In this document: one piece after another, positions 8,065-14,087 of the stretch
How the letters are laid out: each line of letters starts with the position of its first letter
Position numbering within the stretch: position 1 is the stretch's first letter
Source of the DNA: Candidatus Eiseniibacteriota bacterium
GTDB lineage: Bacteria > Eisenbacteria > RBG-16-71-46 > DASYSL01
DNA: 25,290 bases
Direction of reading: 5' to 3'
Assembly: GCA_046598045.1 (NCBI GenBank)
Contig: JBKJJJ010000070.1
Coordinates: 1 to 25,290 of the forward strand
The notes under the pieces: model-generated
Databases searched by the model: none
What the model was told of the DNA's origin: nothing
Seen by the model: the letters and a program-made list of their open reading frames with translations, nothing else
Program-made: the position numbers and the translations under genes

Positions 8065-9942
8065 ATGCGCTCCCGGCCGCCTGCCCGTTTCGCCCCGACC
8101 CTCCTGATCGCGAGCTTCGCTTTCCTCGCTGCCCTCGCGCCGCCGCGCGCGGTGGCGCAGGCGCCGCCGCTCGACAAGACACGCTTCATCGGCGTCGAGG
8201 AATTGCGCCCCGGCCAGAAGGCGACCTGCCGGACCGTATTCCAGGGCCGCCGGATCGAGACCTTCGAGCTCGAGATCGTGGGCGTGGTCAAGGGCGGCAA
8301 GGCCGACGGCGACATGATCCTCGCGCGCGCCGACGGCGAACGCCTCAAGCACGACGGTATCGCCGCGGGCATGAGCGGCAGCCCGATCTACGTCGACGGA
8401 CGGCTCGCGGGGGCGCTCGCGTTCGGCTGGCCGTTCAGCCGCGACGCGCTGTGCGGCATCACGCCGATCGCCGACATGCTCGACGTCATGGCGCAGCCCG
8501 ACGGGCCGCCGACCGGCGACTTCGAGAGCGGCCCGGGGCTCACCGTCTCCGAGCACGCGAACGGTCCCGGCCTCGAGCGCCTGCGCACCCCACTGATGGC
8601 GGGCGGGTTCAGCCCGGAGGCGCGCGCCTGGTTCGCGCCGTGGGCCGAACAGCACGGGTTTCTGCTGGCGAGCGGCGGCGTCGGCGCGCCCGCGAACGCG
8701 ACGCAGCGGCTTGCGCGCGAGGACGCGCGCAAGGCGCTCGAGCCCGGTGCCGCGATGTCGGTCGACCTCATGCGCGGCGACATGAACCTCGCGGCGATCG
8801 GCACGCTCACGTGGCGCGACGGCGACCAGGTCGCCGCGTTCGGGCACCCGTTCTTCCAGACCGGCGCGGTGGCTTACCCGCTCGCGCTCGCCGACATCAC
8901 GACGATCATCGCGTCCGACCTCAACTCGTTCAAGATGGGCGCACCGGCGGAGCAGGTCGGCACGATCACGCAGGACCGCCGGGCCGCGGTCACGGGCCGG
9001 ATCGGGGCGATCCCGCGCATGCTGCCGCTGACGGTGCGCGTCCACGGGTTCGCCGGGGACGAGACCTACCGCTACGAGATCCTGCGCTCGCGCTTCCTCG
9101 CCCCGACGCTCGCGGGCCTCGGCGTGGTCGGCGCGCTCACCGCGCGCGGCGGGGCCGCGCCCGAGGCGACATGGCGCTGGCGCGCGCGCCTGGTCGCGCC
9201 CGGATCGAAACCGCTCGTGCTCGAGGACATCGCGAGCGGCCAGCTCACCGGCGCCGCGCAGCAACTGGCGGGCCCGCTCGGGCTCCTGCTCAACAACCCG
9301 TTCGCGGTCTTCGCCGCCGACTCGATGACGTTCGACATCGACATCGTGTCCGGCCTGTCGCGCGCGCAGATCGTCTCCGCGAGCGTGGAGCCGCGCGCGC
9401 TCGAACCCGGGCAGACCGCGCACGTCACCGCCGAGCTGCGCGATTACCGCGGGGCGTCGAGCTTCGTGCGCTTCGATTTGCCGGTGCCGCAGTCCCAGCC
9501 CGAGGGCCGGCTCGTGATCGCGCTCGGCGGCGGCCCCGAACTCGACAAGCAGGAGGCGCCGCACCTGCCCGGGCGCTTCCGCGCCAGCTCGCTCGCCGAG
9601 CTCGTGGAGCGTCTCGACGAGCGCCGCCGCGACGATCGCGTCTACGCCGTGCTCTACGGCCCGGGGGTCGAGGGCTCCTACGGCGGCCGGGACCACCCGG
9701 CGTTGCCCGCGTTCGCGCAGCGCCTGCTCGCCTCCGACCGCGCGAACAGACCGGACGACCCGTTCGGCAACCTGGCGCAGATCGCGCAGGCGGATCGCCC
9801 GGTCGGCGTGCCGGTCGACGGCCTGCTCACGCTCCAACTCGATGTCCGGCTGCAATCCACGCCCAATGCGTCCGTGCGCGCGGGTGCCCAGCGCGCCTCC
9901 GCCATCCGCATCATTCAACCCGACTCCGAGGAGGAGCCATGA
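8065..9942 (+). CDS. Secreted SpoIVB-like (peptidase S55) protein, 625 aa
   Basis: Signal peptide (LLIASFAFLAALA...AVAQA). GIAAGMSGSPIYVDGRLAGAL (Ser104), IGTLTW...AFGHPF (His261), followed by a C-terminal beta-rich extension. Confidence 0.85.
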   Translation: MRSRPPARFAPTLLIASFAFLAALAPPRAVAQAPPLDKTRFIGVEELRPGQKATCRTVFQGRRIETFELEIVGVVKGGKADGDMILARADGERLKHDGIAAGMSGSPIYVDGRLAGALAFGWPFSRDALCGITPIADMLDVMAQPDGPPTGDFESGPGLTVSEHANGPGLERLRTPLMAGGFSPEARAWFAPWAEQHGFLLASGGVGAPANATQRLAREDARKALEPGAAMSVDLMRGDMNLAAIGTLTWRDGDQVAAFGHPFFQTGAVAYPLALADITTIIASDLNSFKMGAPAEQVGTITQDRRAAVTGRIGAIPRMLPLTVRVHGFAGDETYRYEILRSRFLAPTLAGLGVVGALTARGGAAPEATWRWRARLVAPGSKPLVLEDIASGQLTGAAQQLAGPLGLLLNNPFAVFAADSMTFDIDIVSGLSRAQIVSASVEPRALEPGQTAHVTAELRDYRGASSFVRFDLPVPQSQPEGRLVIALGGGPELDKQEAPHLPGRFRASSLAELVERLDERRRDDRVYAVLYGPGVEGSYGGRDHPALPAFAQRLLASDRANRPDDPFGNLAQIAQADRPVGVPVDGLLTLQLDVRLQSTPNASVRAGAQRASAIRIIQPDSEEEP

Positions 9943-12029
9943 TTCGCGCTCGCACCCGACCGGCGTCCGCGCTGGCGGTGGGTTGCGCGGCCGGCCTGCT
10001 CGCGATCGCGCTCGCGCCCGCCGCGCGTGCCGCCACGACCCAGTACTGGACGCTGCGCACGGCGGCCGACCACCAGGCGACCGACCTCGAGGGCATCGCG
10101 CTCGGGCCCGACGGCACGCTGCGCTCCGGGCCCCGACTCGCGCCGCGCGACCTGCCCGGGGCACCCGTGGTGTGGGCCGCGCTGGCGAACGGCGATCGGC
10201 TGGAACTGGCGACCGGCCCCGGCGGGCGCGTGCTCACCGTGCGCGGCGACGACGTGCGCGCCGATTCGACCGGTGACGCGCAGGCGCTGTCGCTCGCGCG
10301 CGGCGAGGATGGCGCGCTCTACGTCGGGACGGGCCCCGGCGGGCACGTCATGCGCTTCGCGCCCAACGGCGCGCGCACGACGTACTTCGAGACCGGGCAG
10401 AAGTACGTCTGGGCGCTCGCGTTCGTCGGCAAGACGCTCTACGCCGCAACCGGCCCGCTCGGCAAGCTCTACGCGATCGAGGCCGCGGGCAAGGGCAAGG
10501 TCGTGCTCGACGCGCGTGCCGCGCACCTGAGCGCGCTGGCGACCGACGGCAAGGGCACGCTGTTCGTCGGCGCCTCCGGGCGCGGAATCGTGTACGCGGT
10601 CACCGGCGGCCGCGCCCGCGCCTTGTTCGAGGCGCCCGAAAAGGAGATCCGCGCGCTCGCGTGGGACGGTCACGCGCTGTTTGCGGCCGCGATGTCGACC
10701 GCGCCGATCACGATCGACGACGCGGCGCTCGACCCGGCTGCGGGCGAGGGGCAGCGCTCGGTCGTCTACCGCATCGTGCCGGACTCGGCGGCGGCGGCGC
10801 ACTGGGTGTCGCCCCAGGGCCTCGTCTACGCGCTGCTCGCCGAGGGCGGCCACCTGTGGGCCGCGACCGGGAGCCGCGCCGCGCTCTACCAGCTGGACGC
10901 GCGCGGCAAGGGCGACGCGCTGTGGGCCGGGGGCGAGGGCCAGGTCACCGCGCTCGCGCCCGCCGGCGGGGGCGAACTCTGGCTCGCGACCTCGAACCCG
11001 TCGCGGCTCTACCGCGTACGGCCCGGCGGCGGCACGGGCACCGCGATCTCTCCGGCGCTCGACGCCAAGCGCCTCGCGCGCTGGGGCCGCCTGTGGTTCG
11101 ACGGCGAAGCCCCGGGCGCGCGCTTCCTGACGCGCAGCGGCAACACCAACGCGCCCGACTCGACGTGGTCCGACTGGATTGCGCTCAGCGGCGACGGCCA
11201 CGTGGCCTCGGCGTCGGCGCGCTGGCTGCAATGGAAGCTCGAGCTCCCGGGCGGGAGCAAGGCGTCGATCCGCGCGGTCACGGTGGCGTGGGGCGAGGTC
11301 AACCAGCGCCCGCGCATCGACGACTTCACGGCCTACCCGGTGCCCGGCAAGTTCTACGAGGGCGAGCTCAACGTCCGCCGCGACCCGATCACGCAGGAAC
11401 TGCCCGACGGGAGGCGCGTCCAGTTCAGCGCCGACGCCCCGCGCAAGGGCAATGCCGATGCGCTGCCGCCGTGGGCGCAGGGCATTCGACCGCTCGCCTG
11501 GAAGGCCTCCGACCCGAACGGCGACGACCTCGCGTATCGCCTGTTCGTGCGCAGGGACGGCGAGACCTCGTGGACCCCGATCGCGAGCGGGCTGTCGACC
11601 AGCCTGTACGCGTGGGACACCACCGGCTGGCCCGACGGCCGCTACGAGATCAAGCTCGTCGCCAGCGACGAGGACGAGAACCCGCCCGGCGAGGGCCTCG
11701 ACGACGAAACCATCGCGGGCCCGATCGTGCTCGACCGCACGCCGCCGACGTTCGCCGCGCTCGACGCAAAGCTCGAAGGCACGGTCGCCGTGGTGCGCGG
11801 GCGCGCGGGCGACGCCGGGTTGTACGTCAGCCGCGTCGATGTCGGCTTCGACGACGACGCGACGTGGTTCCCGGCCGCGCCCGACGACGGCCTCTGGGAC
11901 GAGCCGTCCGAGGCGTTCACGCTGCGGCTCGAGGGCCTGCCGGCAGGGGAGCACCTGCTGCGCGTGCGGGTGACCGACGCGCTCGGCAACGCGGCGGTCA
12001 CGAAGCGCACCGTGCGGATCGGGCGCTAG
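9939..12029 (+). CDS. Secreted beta-propeller (WD40/NHL-like) protein with C-terminal Fn3/Ig-like domains, 696 aa
   Basis: ATGA overlap with the protease stop, GAGGAG SD, signal peptide ending AARA-AT. Blade repeats (LELATGPGGRV, LYVGTGPGGHV, LYAATGPLGKL, LFVGASGRGIV, LWAATGSRAAL, LWLATSNPSRL), then WKASDPNGDDLAY and WDTTGWPDGRYEIKLVASD. Confidence 0.82.
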   Translation: MIRARTRPASALAVGCAAGLLAIALAPAARAATTQYWTLRTAADHQATDLEGIALGPDGTLRSGPRLAPRDLPGAPVVWAALANGDRLELATGPGGRVLTVRGDDVRADSTGDAQALSLARGEDGALYVGTGPGGHVMRFAPNGARTTYFETGQKYVWALAFVGKTLYAATGPLGKLYAIEAAGKGKVVLDARAAHLSALATDGKGTLFVGASGRGIVYAVTGGRARALFEAPEKEIRALAWDGHALFAAAMSTAPITIDDAALDPAAGEGQRSVVYRIVPDSAAAAHWVSPQGLVYALLAEGGHLWAATGSRAALYQLDARGKGDALWAGGEGQVTALAPAGGGELWLATSNPSRLYRVRPGGGTGTAISPALDAKRLARWGRLWFDGEAPGARFLTRSGNTNAPDSTWSDWIALSGDGHVASASARWLQWKLELPGGSKASIRAVTVAWGEVNQRPRIDDFTAYPVPGKFYEGELNVRRDPITQELPDGRRVQFSADAPRKGNADALPPWAQGIRPLAWKASDPNGDDLAYRLFVRRDGETSWTPIASGLSTSLYAWDTTGWPDGRYEIKLVASDEDENPPGEGLDDETIAGPIVLDRTPPTFAALDAKLEGTVAVVRGRAGDAGLYVSRVDVGFDDDATWFPAAPDDGLWDEPSEAFTLRLEGLPAGEHLLRVRVTDALGNAAVTKRTVRIGR

Positions 12030-12031
12030 CG

Positions 12032-12460
12032 GTGGAGTCCCGCAAGGTCGACGGCGGCTGGCTCGTGCGCTTCGCCCACGGCGAGGACATCGTGGCCGGC
12101 ATGCTCGCGTTCGCGCGCGCCCAAGAGATCCGCGGCGCCTGGGTGAACATGCTGGGCGCGATCGAGGACCCCGAGCTCGGCTACTACCACCTCGAGACCC
12201 AGCAGTACACGCGGCGCACGTTTCCCGGCGACTGGGAGATCACTGCGATCGTCGGCAACCTCGGGTGGCTCGGCGAGACGCCGGTGCTGCACGTGCACGC
12301 CACGATCGGCGGGCCCGACTTCAGCACGCGCGGCGGGCACCTGTTCGCGGGGCGGGCGGGGGCGACGTGCGAGGTCTTCGTGCGCGATCTCGGGAGCGAC
12401 GTGTTCCGCGCGCGCGACGAGTCGATCGGGCTCGCGCTGTGGACGCTCGCGAGCGGGTGA
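12032..12460 (+). CDS. PPC / DUF296 (AF0104-like) domain protein, 142 aa
   Basis: GTG 2 nt after the upstream stop. Motifs VRFAHGEDIV, LGAI, EITAIVGN, HVHATIG...GGHL and TCEVFV. Confidence 0.88.
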   Translation: MESRKVDGGWLVRFAHGEDIVAGMLAFARAQEIRGAWVNMLGAIEDPELGYYHLETQQYTRRTFPGDWEITAIVGNLGWLGETPVLHVHATIGGPDFSTRGGHLFAGRAGATCEVFVRDLGSDVFRARDESIGLALWTLASG

Positions 12461-12480
12461 GCCAGGGGGGAGCTTCAACG

Positions 12481-12519
12481 CAACGAGCCGGGCCCGCGAG
12501 GACCCGGCTCGTTGTTTTT
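12481..12519 (+). terminator. Rho-independent terminator between convergent genes, possibly bidirectional
   Basis: CAACGAGCCGGG / CCCGGCTCGTTG perfect 12-bp stem, inner CC-GCGA-GG, then TTTTT. Confidence 0.88.
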
Positions 12520-12538
12520 GCGTCGGCGACTCGATCGG

Positions 12539-13159
12539 CTAGAGCTTGCGCTTCTCGATCGTCACCTTCTCCATCACGATCTTGTCGATCGGGTTCTCGT
12601 TCGAGTCGCGCGGCACCGACACGATCTTGTCCACCACGTCCATCCCCTCGACCACCTGCCCGAACACCGAGTACTTGCCGTCGAGGAAGGGCGCGGGCTT
12701 GACGCAGATGAAGAACTGGCACGAGGCGCTGTTCGGGTCCTGCGCGCGCGCCATCGAGACCGTCCCGCGCAGGTGCTTGTTCTGGTTGAACTCGGCCGGG
12801 ATCGTGTAGCCGGCGCTGCCTTTGCCGTCGTTCGTGCGATCCGCGTCCTTCGAATTGGGATCGCCGCCCTGGATCATGAACCCGGGGATCACGCGGTGGA
12901 ACGTCGTGCCGTTGTAGAACTCGGAGCCGGCGAGCTTTCTGAAGTTCGCGACGTGCTTCGGCGCGTCCTTCTCGTAGAAGCGGAACACGATCGTACCGAG
13001 GCTGGTCTTGAGGACGGCGACGTCCTCACCCAGCTTGACCGGGGTCGCGACTTCCGGCTTGCCCTTGGCCGCCTTGGCCGGCGTCGCCGCCGAGGCGCCG
13101 TTGTCCTGCGTCAAGAGACCTCCCATCACGAGAAGTACCAGCAACCCGAACCGTCGCAT
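12539..13159 (-). CDS. Secreted cyclophilin-type peptidyl-prolyl cis-trans isomerase, 206 aa
   Basis: GGAGG SD before the ATG; signal-like MRRFGLLVLLVMGG. Motifs APKHVANF, FYNGTTFHRVIPGFMIQGGDP, GTVSMAR, QFFI, LDGKYSVFGQV. Confidence 0.95.
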   Translation of the reverse strand: MRRFGLLVLLVMGGLLTQDNGASAATPAKAAKGKPEVATPVKLGEDVAVLKTSLGTIVFRFYEKDAPKHVANFRKLAGSEFYNGTTFHRVIPGFMIQGGDPNSKDADRTNDGKGSAGYTIPAEFNQNKHLRGTVSMARAQDPNSASCQFFICVKPAPFLDGKYSVFGQVVEGMDVVDKIVSVPRDSNENPIDKIVMEKVTIEKRKL

Positions 13160-13202
13160 GTCGATCCTCCGAGGCGTGGCGGATGAAGCCGTGAACCCCA
13201 AC

Positions 13203-13231
13203 AGCATAAGATGCGGGCCCCAAGCGGTCAA
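13203..13231 (-). promoter_or_regulatory. Putative sigma70-type promoter of the cyclophilin gene
   Basis: Minus strand reads TTGACC-17 bp-TATGCT. Confidence 0.75.
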
Positions 13232-13250
13232 GGCGCGGTCCCGCAGTCGC

Positions 13251-13280
13251 TTGGCCGCAAAGCATCTCGGGTGTTAGACT
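13251..13280 (+). promoter_or_regulatory. Putative plus-strand promoter overlapping the pgeF stop codon, firing antisense to pgeF
   Basis: TTGGCC-18 bp-TAGACT with an extended -10 (TGtTAGACT). Confidence 0.5.
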
Positions 13281-14065
13281 GCCCGTTCGTGGTCGGCCTG
13301 TGGGCCGGCAGCGTGCGGCGCCAGGATGCCCCAGGCCCGCCCGGTGCTCCCATGGTCCCGGCGGTGGGAAAAGTACCGTGCCGGGTCGCAGGCAGTGCAC
13401 GCGCCACCCTCGAGGTCCAAACCCAGGTCGCGAATCGACGCCGGGGCGAGACCCGAGAGGACGAGTTGCCGGGTCACCGCCTGCGCGAGATCGATCGTGG
13501 TGCGGCCGTTCGCTGCGCGCACGTCGGAGGCATGGAAGCGCTCCGCGACCTCGGGGCCGACCTCGAAACAGCATGGGCCGATGCGCGGGCCCAGGGCAGC
13601 GCGCAGTTGCGCCGGGTCGGATCCGAGCGCGGCCATCGCCTGCACGGCGCGCGGCACCACTCCCGCCACGGTGCCCCGCCAACCGGCATGCGCAGCGGCG
13701 ATCACCGGGCGCGTGGCGTCCCAGAGCAACACGGCGAGGCAGTCCGCGGCAGAGGCGACGAGCACGAGGTCGTCGTGGCGCGTGGCCAGCGCGTCTCCGG
13801 TGCCGGCCCAGCCGGGCCCCGGCGGCACGAGGCAGGTCGCGCCATGCACCTGGGTCGCGTAGGCCACGCGGCCGGGCGCGAGCTGCAGCGCGTCCAGCAG
13901 GCGCGCGCGGTTGGCACGCACGGCCTGGGCGTCGTCGCCCACGCCCTCGCTGAGATTGAGGGAATCGAACGGGGCGGCGCTCGTCCCGCCGGTGCGCGTG
14001 CTGAACGCGGCCACCGGCGTGAACGGGTCGCCTTCAAGCGGAGCGGCCCGGACGTAGCCGGGCAT
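13274..14065 (-). CDS. pgeF: YfiH/PgeF family protein (peptidoglycan editing factor / purine nucleoside phosphorylase, laccase-like); alternative start 14089
   Basis: Motifs FSTRTGGTS...SLNL, QVHG, ADCLAV, HAGWRG, LGPRIGPCCFEVG, ACTAC...YFSHRR. Confidence 0.93.
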   Translation of the reverse strand: MPGYVRAAPLEGDPFTPVAAFSTRTGGTSAAPFDSLNLSEGVGDDAQAVRANRARLLDALQLAPGRVAYATQVHGATCLVPPGPGWAGTGDALATRHDDLVLVASAADCLAVLLWDATRPVIAAAHAGWRGTVAGVVPRAVQAMAALGSDPAQLRAALGPRIGPCCFEVGPEVAERFHASDVRAANGRTTIDLAQAVTRQLVLSGLAPASIRDLGLDLEGGACTACDPARYFSHRRDHGSTGRAWGILAPHAAGPQADHERAV

Positions 14066-14087
14066 CGTGGAAAGGAACCATCGAGGC

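Noticed and set aside
7791..9938. Apparent 1412-aa protein or protease-propeller fusion by frameshift
   Set aside because: The N-terminal extension is an off-frame read of yitJ antisense and the protease gene. The propeller has its own SD, ATGA-coupled start and signal peptide at 9939.
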